Shown in pieces: positions 19,933-29,701 of a stretch of 64,000 bases of DNA. The notes beneath the pieces were generated by a model. That model saw only the letters and a program-made list of their open reading frames with translations, did no database searches and was not told the DNA's origin. How positions within the stretch are numbered: position 1 is the stretch's first letter; every line of letters starts with the position of its first letter. The position numbers and the translations under genes were made by a program. The DNA lies in the sequence record OP292654.1; one strand, given 5' to 3'.

Positions 19933-22674
19933 ATGTCGAAAAAAATAATGGGAGACTTGAATGTTTCCCGTAATACAATCGTGAATAGCAAGAATGCTAT
20001 TCGTGACATTAACAATATTACCGCTGATCAGAGTGGGAACATAGCGTTCCCACTTTATACTAAAGAAGAAATTGACCGTATTACAGCAGTATTACCAGTT
20101 TCTCGTGTAGGTACAATGGACTATCTACCAATGAGTATTAACGGTTCATATGAAGGTGCTACAACATATTATGCGTCGAAGCGAATTCTTCCAGTTATTA
20201 TTGAAGACAATGGAACACTAGTTTATCTACGTCCTGGCACAAATGGCAGTACTGATGGATATTATTACTGCTATACTGCTGATGCTCGTAATGTAGCTGA
20301 TATGGCTCCAGTACTTTCAAATACAAAATATGTTCCATCATTCTTTACTAGTAATCATAAATTGATTGATTTTGTTGGAACGAAAGCAAGTGAATTGCTA
20401 TTCATGAAAACAAATAATGGAACTAATGATACATACACAATTGGTCTAACTAATGGTACATTGAATAGTGTTTCACATCAATATGTTGAATTCAACAGAA
20501 CATTATTAGGCAGTACTGATCCTCAATATGCTCATATTGTTGGTAGTACGATTTACATTTGGTGTATTGATTCATACTCAACCACAAGTGCTTTTGATAT
20601 TTCATTATATACTATAAGCGTAGATAATGTTCGCAATGGCGTTACGACTTCATTAGCTAGAGTAACTGGTTTTAGCGGTTCAACGATTTATGGAACATCG
20701 GTTAGTGCGTCAAATACTGTTAGAATTGCTCAGCGTTATATTAGTACTTCAAGTTCAGATAATCCATTTTTGCTATCTGATGCTAATACAAATACTAGTT
20801 TATTCCAGTTGAATACAGATGGTGTTATTCAGGCTGCGTCTAATCCAGACGGTACATCAATTAGAGTAGCATTATTCCATGCTTGGGCGATGAATGCTAC
20901 AGGTATAGCTGGTGTTCAATCACATTGGGGATTAAGTTTAACATATAATATCAGTACTAAAACCTATGTACTAGATAAACCATCTGCTGGACCAATAACA
21001 GTTTCATCAAATGGCAGTTCATTTACTTATACAAACCCATACAACGCAACAATGGAAAATATGAATGGATTCCCAAGTGATTCACAGGGCAATGTTCCAA
21101 CTATATTCCAGACAGCAGATGGGATTGTATTCAGTACGGTGGCTCGTTATATTACATCTCCACAACATAAAATAACTCGTGCTACAATTAATTCATATAC
21201 TAATGCATATGATTCATTGAATTTAACAACACGTACATTAAGTTCTGTTACATTGAAATATGTCGATCCAGTTTATGGTTCAGCATTAGGCGAAAACCTT
21301 ATAAATCCAGTAGTTATTTCTCCTACTAGAATTATGCTTTCATGTAGCGGTAATGATTCTAATGGTTCATTCGGATTTGATGCGAGAGTATATGCTGATA
21401 TCGGTTCAACCAGAACTTACACATATAACTCAATTGTTAGTGGAACCACAATTAATGGATATGCACCACAATCAACTAGAACTAGAGTAGATAATTCAGA
21501 TTTCAAATATACTGGAATGATAACATTAGTTGCCGCTGATGGTACAACACGTTCATATGGTTCATCTTTTATTGAAGGATTAACTAAACCGGCTGGTGGA
21601 TTACTCAATACAAGTACTTTTACATTTGGTACAGGTTATACAATGACAAATACATCATTGTTAACTGCTCTGAAAACCCAAATGATAAATGCTGTTACTA
21701 TTACTGGTACAGTTTTGGAAAGTAAAATTGTTCTGTATTATGTTCCAGATAGTGATTATGGAAAAAGTATTGCTATAGTCTCATTGAGAACTGATACTGT
21801 TGATGGTTCAGGATATAGTGCTCATGTTATTGTTAGTACTGTAGATGTTACATTAAGTGGTCAGAATATTACTGCTCTAAATGCTGCGTCTTCTACAATC
21901 AATGGAGTTAATTCTGGTGTAATTACAATAAACTTGACATATTTTGCTCGTATGGCTGGATTAACTATTGCCAAATATAGTGGATTCTCATATATTGGAA
22001 TTCCTGCCTTATTCAATATGGGCACAAGTGGTAATGCCACATTTAGGTCAATGCTGGGTAAACTCGATGCGTCAAATAATATTGTATCATTGAGAGCAAT
22101 AACTTCTCAGTATTTGAGCGGTGGTACTTCATACGAAGTTGGTGTTCTTCCTGGATTTGGCTTTGGATTGTTTGAAAATGGTGATGTTACTGATTATCAA
22201 ACTAAGCTAGTTTATAAGTATCATGGTACATCTGAAGCTAACTTAGATGCGTTGATAGCTGATCCAACATCATCACCAATAGCACGATATGTGGTTGCTT
22301 CACAAGAAGTTCCACAAGGTTTCAATGTGTATTTCACTCAAGAAATTCCAGTGTTCCTTCATGGTTCTTACTATGAAATGCCAATACAAACGATTAACCT
22401 AACATCTATTCAAGCAAACCCAGCTAACACTACATTCTATTTGTATATAACAATAGTTGAAGGTGCTGCTGTTTATCAGATTAGTACTACACTTCTTTCC
22501 GAAGAATTGTATAGGGTTTATATCGGTACAATTGTTACTGGAGCATCATCTATAACATCAATAAGTACTGAAAAAGTTACACGATTCTTAACTTACAGGC
22601 CAAGTACAACCCAACGTGGTTCTGCTATTCCTGCGAGTACTGGTGTACCTTCAAGTACTGGTACACGTTGGTAA
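19933..22674 (+). CDS. large Ser/Thr-rich virion structural protein, paralog 3
   Basis: Same N- and C-terminal motifs; SD AAGGA. Confidence 0.7.
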   Translation: MSKKIMGDLNVSRNTIVNSKNAIRDINNITADQSGNIAFPLYTKEEIDRITAVLPVSRVGTMDYLPMSINGSYEGATTYYASKRILPVIIEDNGTLVYLRPGTNGSTDGYYYCYTADARNVADMAPVLSNTKYVPSFFTSNHKLIDFVGTKASELLFMKTNNGTNDTYTIGLTNGTLNSVSHQYVEFNRTLLGSTDPQYAHIVGSTIYIWCIDSYSTTSAFDISLYTISVDNVRNGVTTSLARVTGFSGSTIYGTSVSASNTVRIAQRYISTSSSDNPFLLSDANTNTSLFQLNTDGVIQAASNPDGTSIRVALFHAWAMNATGIAGVQSHWGLSLTYNISTKTYVLDKPSAGPITVSSNGSSFTYTNPYNATMENMNGFPSDSQGNVPTIFQTADGIVFSTVARYITSPQHKITRATINSYTNAYDSLNLTTRTLSSVTLKYVDPVYGSALGENLINPVVISPTRIMLSCSGNDSNGSFGFDARVYADIGSTRTYTYNSIVSGTTINGYAPQSTRTRVDNSDFKYTGMITLVAADGTTRSYGSSFIEGLTKPAGGLLNTSTFTFGTGYTMTNTSLLTALKTQMINAVTITGTVLESKIVLYYVPDSDYGKSIAIVSLRTDTVDGSGYSAHVIVSTVDVTLSGQNITALNAASSTINGVNSGVITINLTYFARMAGLTIAKYSGFSYIGIPALFNMGTSGNATFRSMLGKLDASNNIVSLRAITSQYLSGGTSYEVGVLPGFGFGLFENGDVTDYQTKLVYKYHGTSEANLDALIADPTSSPIARYVVASQEVPQGFNVYFTQEIPVFLHGSYYEMPIQTINLTSIQANPANTTFYLYITIVEGAAVYQISTTLLSEELYRVYIGTIVTGASSITSISTEKVTRFLTYRPSTTQRGSAIPASTGVPSSTGTRW

Positions 22675-22682
22675 AAAACATC

Positions 22683-22706
22683 AAAGCGGTCATTGACCGC
22701 TTTTTT
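22683..22706 (+). terminator. intrinsic terminator overlapping a sigma70 promoter
   Basis: AAAGCGGTCA-t-TGACCGCTTT plus T-run; contains TTGACC(22693)-N17-TATAAT(22716). Confidence 0.8.
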
Positions 22707-22762
22707 CGTTTCTGCTATAATCACTGGACAAGAAAAAAAACAAAATTAAGAGAAAATAATCC

Positions 22763-22791
22763 TTGACAGGCGGCTCGTCTGTGTGTAAAAT
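22763..22791 (+). promoter_or_regulatory. sigma70-like early promoter
   Basis: TTGACA-N17-TAAAAT. Confidence 0.8.
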
Positions 22792-22806
22792 ACGGGAATT
22801 AATTGA

Positions 22807-23391
22807 ATGGGGTATCAACCTATGCCGCGAAATTCGCCACCACCAGGTAAAAAGAAATCAGAATTGGATGTTAAAGAAATCTTTGACATACATCGTCATT
22901 TGCATCTTTTAGTACTTCGTAAAAGTGCTGGTAAGTTACTTGAGTACACCCGTTATTTCAATAAACGGAAAGACGCTTCTAAGCATATCATTAACATTAA
23001 GTACGAATTAAGTAAGTGTCGTCCTGAAGTACTAGCCATCTTATTTGCTATGGCACGTGACCCTAAACGATTTGTTTTCCGTGATACCACTGAAGATTCG
23101 CGTATGGTTCTTGATGATACTGCGTATGAAAAAATGTACTTCCAGATTTATAACTTTAGGTCGGGTTATGACCACAATCCTGATAAAGATAATCCTTTAC
23201 CAAAAATTTATATTAATGGTGAAGAATTCTTAACTGACCATGAAGAATTAATGATGTTTCGTGTAGTTCGTTCCCTTGACCATATGCGTCAGAATGAATA
23301 CAAACTTCAACAAGAATTAGAAAAGTTAGAGGTACAAAATCATGTCTTCGAAATATATCAAAGTGAAAAAAATAAAGCACAATCAACCTGA
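22807..23391 (+). CDS. hypothetical protein, paralog of 24659 and 25168 ORFs
   Basis: LLVLRKS..HIINIKYELSK..MARDPKRF motif shared. Confidence 0.7.
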   Translation: MGYQPMPRNSPPPGKKKSELDVKEIFDIHRHLHLLVLRKSAGKLLEYTRYFNKRKDASKHIINIKYELSKCRPEVLAILFAMARDPKRFVFRDTTEDSRMVLDDTAYEKMYFQIYNFRSGYDHNPDKDNPLPKIYINGEEFLTDHEELMMFRVVRSLDHMRQNEYKLQQELEKLEVQNHVFEIYQSEKNKAQST

Positions 23392-23629
23392 TCATCTGTA
23401 CCAACTTTTGTTTGAACGACACATAAAAGAATGGTACAATGGCTGTGATGAAGTTATTTTACATCATGCTATGTCTATGCCAAATGGCGTTATCATAGCC
23501 GCTTGTGAATTTTACTTCGGTAAAGAAATTGTATTTGCCAATCTTCATATTGAAGTTGATCAAGATTACAATTCTGTGTTTATCGCATATCATGAAAAAC
23601 TACAAAAGTACATTAAGGAAAATCAATGA
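23342..23629 (+). CDS. hypothetical protein
   Basis: ORF track. Confidence 0.6.
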   Translation: MSSKYIKVKKIKHNQPDHLYQLLFERHIKEWYNGCDEVILHHAMSMPNGVIIAACEFYFGKEIVFANLHIEVDQDYNSVFIAYHEKLQKYIKENQ

Positions 23630-24375
23630 ATCTCGGTGATCGCATTAAGCACTATGAAAAAATGGAAACTACTGACAAATTCATGCCAATGCTTCCTATC
23701 GTAGCACGGTTAGATGGTCGGTCTTTTAGTAAGTTCACTAAGAGTATGGTTAAACCATTTGATATTGACATGACAATGATCATGCAAGCCGTCACTAAGT
23801 ACCTGGTTGAAGAATCTGGTGCTGAAGTTGGTTACACTCAGAGTGATGAAATTACTCTGGTATTCTGGCAGCGTGATTATGAAAGTGATGTGTTCTTTGC
23901 TGGCAAAAAGCAGAAGATGGTTTCAGTACTGGCATCATTAGCAACTGCGATGTTCGTTAAACTGGCACTTCAGCATTTCCCTGAAGAATGTTCAAAACGT
24001 TTGCCACACTTCGATTGTCGCGTATTCCAGGTTCCATCACGTTCAGAAGCAACGAACGCAGTACTGTGGCGTGTACAGGATGCCGTGCGTAATAGCATCT
24101 CAATGGCTGCTCACGCGACGTTTGGACATTCTAAGCTTCAGGGTAAGAGTACTAACAACAAGCTTGATATGCTGCTCGAAGCGGGTATTAACTGGAATGA
24201 TTATCCTAAAGCTTGGAAAGAAGGTTCATTCTTCAAACGTCAGAACTACATCAAAATGCATGAAGGAAATGAGGTAATTCGTTCACATGTAACTGAAGTA
24301 CTGGTTAATCAGAAATTCGAAGATCTCAGTACTTTAGACCGTATGCGTGTAGTCTTTGGAGATGAAGAAGCGTAA
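23626..24375 (+). CDS. tRNA(His) guanylyltransferase Thg1 / Thg1-like 3'-5' polymerase
   Basis: RLDGRSFSKFT, YTQSDEITL, FDCRVF, NSISM motifs. Confidence 0.9.
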   Translation: MNLGDRIKHYEKMETTDKFMPMLPIVARLDGRSFSKFTKSMVKPFDIDMTMIMQAVTKYLVEESGAEVGYTQSDEITLVFWQRDYESDVFFAGKKQKMVSVLASLATAMFVKLALQHFPEECSKRLPHFDCRVFQVPSRSEATNAVLWRVQDAVRNSISMAAHATFGHSKLQGKSTNNKLDMLLEAGINWNDYPKAWKEGSFFKRQNYIKMHEGNEVIRSHVTEVLVNQKFEDLSTLDRMRVVFGDEEA

Positions 24376-24681
24376 ATGGAATATATTACCCCTGTCCTTG
24401 TTAACCGTCACAAAGGCGAGTTTGACATTTACATCGGGCGTGGTACAATGTGGGGAAATCCGTTTCCCCGCGACCCAGGGGCGGGAATTTCTCGCCAAGT
24501 TTCTATACAAATGTACCGAGAGTACTTGTACGAATGTCTGGAGAATGGTACAATAACAACCGATGACGTTTTAAGCCTTAGTGGGCTACGTATCGGATGC
24601 TCTTGTGCTCCGCTGGAATGCCACGGAGATGTAATAATCGAAGTTTTCAACACAATAGTTGAAATGCTTAATGAAGATTGA
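24376..24681 (+). CDS. DUF4326-like protein
   Basis: DIYIGRGTMWGNPF...LRIGCSCAPLECHGDVI. Confidence 0.8.
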   Translation: MEYITPVLVNRHKGEFDIYIGRGTMWGNPFPRDPGAGISRQVSIQMYREYLYECLENGTITTDDVLSLSGLRIGCSCAPLECHGDVIIEVFNTIVEMLNED

Positions 24682-25168
24682 GGATAAAATGAAAAAATCT
24701 GATTTGTTATTCGCACTTATGCGTAAAAGTAATAATGTCCTTAAAGAAGATGTTAGTACTGATGCTGATCGTAAGTTTTTAATTCATCTGAAATATCAGT
24801 ACTCAAAACTACAGCCAACATTGCGTAATATGATTCGTGTGATGGCAACAGATATTGATCGTTTTTCTTCAATGTATGCTAACACGAATGCTTTTACATC
24901 AACGATGGAAAACGAAAGTGAGAAGCATGGGGCTACTGTTACCAAATATGGTCATCCAACACTGATTGATAATAACACTGGAAATCGTTTTGTGGTATAT
25001 CATACCAATGTTATTTCTAATGATGTTGTTATTTTTGAAGGTACGGATCATCATGCTTTCATTGTTGCGTTCGGTTGTTTAATTCGTGCTCAGGAACGTC
25101 AGAAGCGACTGATGGAAGAACGCGAAATTGAAGAACAACGTATGAATATTTTATCGGAGTTTCGCTAA
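24659..25168 (+). CDS. hypothetical protein, paralog family
   Basis: FALMRKS..HLKYQYSKL..MATDIDRF..DVVIFEGTDH. Confidence 0.7.
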   Translation: MKCLMKIEDKMKKSDLLFALMRKSNNVLKEDVSTDADRKFLIHLKYQYSKLQPTLRNMIRVMATDIDRFSSMYANTNAFTSTMENESEKHGATVTKYGHPTLIDNNTGNRFVVYHTNVISNDVVIFEGTDHHAFIVAFGCLIRAQERQKRLMEEREIEEQRMNILSEFR

Positions 25169-25767
25169 TGTCGGAAAAGAAATTCTCAAATATGAAATTG
25201 ATGTTTCTTATTCTGCGTAAGAATACGAAACTGTTGAAAGAATTCGTCAATGCGATTCCAACAGCACGTGTTCGTGCTCAACGCCGTTCTCATATTATTT
25301 TCATGAAAAGTCAACTATCTTCATTACCATTGAAGAAGTATAATCTTCTGAAAACAATTGCGACCAACGTTACTCGTTTTGATATTCTTACACCCGTTCG
25401 TGCTTTTGATCGTGGCTCAGAAGTAGTTAGGTTGATGATACCAGAAACTGATGTAGTTTTAAAAACGTACTTAGCATCGGTTCATCATATGCGAACTGCG
25501 GTATATGGTCAAATTGATGAAGATCTCGATCCTCGTATTCTATACGATACTATTCTGAACCATCACTTTATTCTTGAAAGTAAACAAACTAAAATTCAAG
25601 ATGTAGTACTGTTCAGTGGTGCGGATCATATTTGGTTCGAAGAAGTCTTTAATGCTATTAAAGATGCCAAAGACGCAGAAGAAGAAATATTGCGTCAACA
25701 AAAAATAATGGAAGAACTACGAATAGTAGAAAAAATAAAAGAAGGAATACTCGACCAGTATTCGTAA
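25168..25767 (+). CDS. hypothetical protein, paralog family
   Basis: FLILRKN..FMKSQLSSL..IATNVTRF..DVVLFSGADH. Confidence 0.7.
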   Translation: MSEKKFSNMKLMFLILRKNTKLLKEFVNAIPTARVRAQRRSHIIFMKSQLSSLPLKKYNLLKTIATNVTRFDILTPVRAFDRGSEVVRLMIPETDVVLKTYLASVHHMRTAVYGQIDEDLDPRILYDTILNHHFILESKQTKIQDVVLFSGADHIWFEEVFNAIKDAKDAEEEILRQQKIMEELRIVEKIKEGILDQYS

Positions 25768-25774
25768 GGAACAG

Positions 25775-26635
25775 ATGGAATATACCGGACAATCCCCGCA
25801 TCAAGTTATAGAATTAGGAACTAGCACAATTATCGTTATCAATGGTGATTGTGCTGAAGTTCTTAAGGAACTCCACGAATCGGAAATTAAGTTCAATTCT
25901 GCCATTACATCACCTCCTTATGCTGAACAGCGTAAAGATGTATATGACAGCATAAGCCCTGAAGATTTTCCTGAATGGTATAAAAATATCAGTACTGATA
26001 TTATGAATGTCATTCAGGAAGATGGCTCGTACTTCTTCAATATCAAAGAACATGTTGATAAAGGAAAACGTGATACATATGTGTATCGCACAATTATTGG
26101 CATGGCTGAAGATTATAATTGGAGTGACGAGTACATTTGGAACAAGACAAATCCTTTCCCAACTGGTGCTAAAACACGATTGAAAGATGGATTCGAACGA
26201 ATCTTTCAATTCAATCACACTTCGAAATATAAATTCTTTCCTGATGAAGTGAAAGTACAAAGTACTTCAAAATATTTGGAAAGTGAGAAGAAGCGTAAGA
26301 ATAAAGGTGAGCATAACGTTACAAATGGCAGTACTATGAATATGTCTAAGCGGGTAGCTGAAGACATGGTACGTCCAAGTAATGTACTGACATGTAGTAC
26401 CAGTAATTTAAATATTGGTCATCCTGCGGTTTACCCAATTGATATTCCTAACTTCTTTATCAAACTCAGTACTGAAGAACAGGACTGGATTCTTGATCCA
26501 TTTGGTGGTTCAGGTACTACAGCATTGAGTGCCGTACAACTAAATCGTAATTGTGTTCTTATTGAAAAATCAGAACAGTACTATAACCTAATTATCGAAA
26601 GACTTTTACAGCATGGTCGGGAGAATTATCTATGA
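25775..26635 (+). CDS. beta-class amino-DNA methyltransferase (probably N4-cytosine)
   Basis: Motif IV TSPPY precedes motif I ILDPFGGSGTT; SPPY is typical of m4C enzymes. Confidence 0.85.
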   Translation: MEYTGQSPHQVIELGTSTIIVINGDCAEVLKELHESEIKFNSAITSPPYAEQRKDVYDSISPEDFPEWYKNISTDIMNVIQEDGSYFFNIKEHVDKGKRDTYVYRTIIGMAEDYNWSDEYIWNKTNPFPTGAKTRLKDGFERIFQFNHTSKYKFFPDEVKVQSTSKYLESEKKRKNKGEHNVTNGSTMNMSKRVAEDMVRPSNVLTCSTSNLNIGHPAVYPIDIPNFFIKLSTEEQDWILDPFGGSGTTALSAVQLNRNCVLIEKSEQYYNLIIERLLQHGRENYL

Positions 26636-26967
26636 AACCAACTCGTGAAGACATACAACGGGAAGTTCGTGAAGAACGTCAGACATTTTCAGATCGTATG
26701 AATGAAGAAGCGAAAGCTGCTACTGTATATGACTTAACAACACAAGAAGGTCGTGAACGCTTCATACGAGATAACCATCACCTAATGTTACCAACACCAT
26801 TAGAACCAGTACTTGCTAAAATTTCACATAATGGCGAAACTGGAAAGTCAGAATGGTATGAAGTGGTTTATCATAACGGTACTGAATGGTGTTGCTATGC
26901 AGGTTCAAAAACATTCAACGATGGTGAACAAGTGATTGGATGGAAATTCTGCAATGATATTTTATAA
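26632..26967 (+). CDS. hypothetical protein
   Basis: ORF track. Confidence 0.7.
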   Translation: MKPTREDIQREVREERQTFSDRMNEEAKAATVYDLTTQEGRERFIRDNHHLMLPTPLEPVLAKISHNGETGKSEWYEVVYHNGTEWCCYAGSKTFNDGEQVIGWKFCNDIL

Positions 26968-27092
26968 CAGAAACGAATCTATCCCAAATACCAATTCACT
27001 ACAATACAAACAATCACAAGGTAGGCTTGAAAGAAAACAAGTAAATCCAGTTATTGTTGTATTAGATGGAAATTACCTTAAAAGGAAAAATA

Positions 27093-28343
27093 ATGGCAGA
27101 TAATCATTTAGACAATCTTATTGTCCGACACCTGGCAGGTTCCCAGGCTTACGGTACTAGTACTCCAACTTCTGATACCGATTTTCGTGGTATCTTCATG
27201 GCTGATAAAGAATTCATCTTGACTCCTTTCTTCACTGTTAATGAAGTATCGGATGCTAAAGAAGAAGATACTAAGTATTACGAACTAAACAACTACATGA
27301 AACTATACCTGGATGCTAACCCAAATATCCTTGAATCACTATGGGTAGATGAAGCAGACATTCAGGTAAGTACTGGATTATATGATCACCTTCGTGCGGC
27401 ACGTGCTGATTTACTGTCTTCTAAGATCGCATTTACCTATACTGGTTATGCTCATAATCAGGCTAAACGAATGAAAAATCATCACGGTTGGATGGATCGT
27501 GAACGTACTGGTGTACGTATTCTTCAGGAATTCTTTGACGCATTCCCATGTGAACAAACTATTCAGTGGATTGGTGATACATTCCCTGACTATGTTATGG
27601 GTCTTCTGAATGTCGAATCTGGTCGTGGTAAGTATATTAAAACTTCTATGGATTTCCATTTCGAAAAACAACTTCGTAATGCGTCTCTACAGATGTTGAG
27701 TACTCAACCATTGAAACAGTATCATTTCATCAAGCTGGTTCATAACTATTTTGATCACCAAGTACTGGATCGCGATTTTACTATCCTGAATTATAATCAC
27801 GGCTATCAGTTAGTTCCTTATGGTGATAACACCTTTGGTGTTGTTCCAAAAGAAGGTGGTCGCACGTTGAATGATGATGGTAGTATTCATCGTATTGACA
27901 CTACTAACCTATCACTTGAAGAAGTAAAAGAACAGCCTAAGCTGATCGTAAAATTCAACAAGGAAGAATACGAAAAAAGTTCTGACAATCGTCATAACTA
28001 TCATACATGGAAAGCAAATCGTAACGAAGCACGTTCTGAGTTAGAACAACTGAACGGCTACGATACTAAACATGCTATGCATGTCGTTCGTCTAATGCGT
28101 ACTGCTGAAGAAGCATTGAGTACTGGTGAGGTTCACGTTAAACGACCTGATGCCGAAGAACTCCTTGCAATTCGTAATGGTGCGTGGACGTTCGAAGAAA
28201 TGATGGAGTACTGGACAGAAAAAGATCAGTACATCCGTGAAGTACTATATAAACAATCGGTATTACCTCGCACTCCAGATATTAAAAAGGCAGCTAAACT
28301 GCTGATTGAACTCCGTGAGATGCAGTGGTATGGAATCAAATAA
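27093..28343 (+). CDS. RlaP-like Pol-beta nucleotidyltransferase with large internal insertion
   Basis: LAGSQAYGTSTPTSDTDFRGIF; C-terminal GYDTKHAMHVVRL; start ATG 27093 after SD AAGGA. Confidence 0.8.
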   Translation: MADNHLDNLIVRHLAGSQAYGTSTPTSDTDFRGIFMADKEFILTPFFTVNEVSDAKEEDTKYYELNNYMKLYLDANPNILESLWVDEADIQVSTGLYDHLRAARADLLSSKIAFTYTGYAHNQAKRMKNHHGWMDRERTGVRILQEFFDAFPCEQTIQWIGDTFPDYVMGLLNVESGRGKYIKTSMDFHFEKQLRNASLQMLSTQPLKQYHFIKLVHNYFDHQVLDRDFTILNYNHGYQLVPYGDNTFGVVPKEGGRTLNDDGSIHRIDTTNLSLEEVKEQPKLIVKFNKEEYEKSSDNRHNYHTWKANRNEARSELEQLNGYDTKHAMHVVRLMRTAEEALSTGEVHVKRPDAEELLAIRNGAWTFEEMMEYWTEKDQYIREVLYKQSVLPRTPDIKKAAKLLIELREMQWYGIK

Positions 28344-28759
28344 TGAATATTTTAGACCAATTTAAAACTGCTCGTGAAGTATATAACACTCTACTTAATG
28401 AACATCATGACGAAATCATGAAGGAGTTCATTAAAGAATTGGGTATTGAACATGCTGGACTAACCAATGGAATGATTATTGGTTACACTCCACAATGGAA
28501 TGATGGTGAAGCATGTGAACATAGTAGTGATATTCAGATTCGCTACATGGACAATGATATTCGTGATTTCATTGAAGATGTTCCTGAAGATTATGATGAC
28601 AATAATCTTAGCAATGAAGAAGGTCGTGCCATTGAAATTAAACTTGCTGTACTAGATGAAATTCTGGTTCACATTTACGGTACTAACTATAAATTTGGAT
28701 TTATTATCCAAGATGGTTCAATCACCATTAAACATGAAGATTATGATTGCGGATACTAA
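28343..28759 (+). CDS. hypothetical protein, NDG-C-H paralog 1
   Basis: GYTPQWNDGEACEHSS ... YDCGY*. Confidence 0.75.
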   Translation: MNILDQFKTAREVYNTLLNEHHDEIMKEFIKELGIEHAGLTNGMIIGYTPQWNDGEACEHSSDIQIRYMDNDIRDFIEDVPEDYDDNNLSNEEGRAIEIKLAVLDEILVHIYGTNYKFGFIIQDGSITIKHEDYDCGY

Positions 28760-28760
28760 T

Positions 28761-29258
28761 ATGACACTGTTTGAACAATTTCAAGATCTAAAAACTAAAT
28801 CTGACGCTGCGGCGAACGAACTATCTAAATTTCTTAGTGCTAATAAACGTGATATTTTGAAGGATGTTGCTGCTCAGCTAAAAGCAATTCCTGGTATGAA
28901 CAAGCTAGTAATCTATGGTTATACTCCAGGATTCAATGATGGTGACGCTTGTACCCATAGTAGCGAGTGTTTGTTTCGTGATTACCACTTCAGTGAATTT
29001 GCTGAATATGAAGAATATTCATATTTCAGTTTTATGAACATGCCTGAAGAAATTCAGGAATCCGGTGAACCTTGGAATTGGGAAGGTTTTGAAAATGTAA
29101 ACACCTATTCTGATGATGATGAACAAAAAGTACGTGAACTGGTACAACTACTGGATTATTTGGTTGAACAAATTGAATATACTGATTACCTAGTTATGTT
29201 TGATTTCACAACTGAAGAAACAACTATTACATTTGAGGAATATGATTGTGGGCACTAA
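28761..29258 (+). CDS. hypothetical protein, NDG-C-H paralog 2
   Basis: GYTPGFNDGDACTHSS ... YDCGH*. Confidence 0.75.
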   Translation: MTLFEQFQDLKTKSDAAANELSKFLSANKRDILKDVAAQLKAIPGMNKLVIYGYTPGFNDGDACTHSSECLFRDYHFSEFAEYEEYSYFSFMNMPEEIQESGEPWNWEGFENVNTYSDDDEQKVRELVQLLDYLVEQIEYTDYLVMFDFTTEETTITFEEYDCGH

Positions 29259-29700
29259 TGCTTTTGATACCTACATCGAACATCGTAAGTATCTTTCAGA
29301 TAATATTGATCGCATTATCATAGATGGTTTAGATAAATTGAAAAAGTTTGATGGTCTAAACAAAATTATCATTATTGGGTACACTCCGTCATTCAATGAC
29401 GGAGATCCATGTGAACACTGGAGTACTCCGTATTACGACGATGATTTGTATGAAATTGCTGATGACAATCGTGAATTCTTAGGTCTTCCAGAAAACTTAG
29501 AATATGATGATTATGAAGATTATCTTGATGAAAATCCGATTAATACAATCAAAGAAGAAGATGATGATCAAATTAGGCTAATCATTAGCCATCTTGAAGA
29601 TCTTCTTGAAGAACAAAATGATACTAACTTTAAAGTTTATATTGATCTAACTGGTCAACATCCAACTATTGAAGTTCAACATTACTACTGTGGATATTAA
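29242..29700 (+). CDS. hypothetical protein, NDG-C-H paralog 3 (start uncertain)
   Basis: GYTPSFNDGDPCEHWS ... YYCGY*. Confidence 0.75.
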   Translation: MIVGTNAFDTYIEHRKYLSDNIDRIIIDGLDKLKKFDGLNKIIIIGYTPSFNDGDPCEHWSTPYYDDDLYEIADDNREFLGLPENLEYDDYEDYLDENPINTIKEEDDDQIRLIISHLEDLLEEQNDTNFKVYIDLTGQHPTIEVQHYYCGY

Positions 29701-29701
29701 T

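Noticed and set aside
14461-22674. Diversity-generating retroelement or invertible fibre cassette
   Set aside because: No reverse transcriptase or invertase in the window and no near-identical nucleotide repeats; similarity is at protein level only
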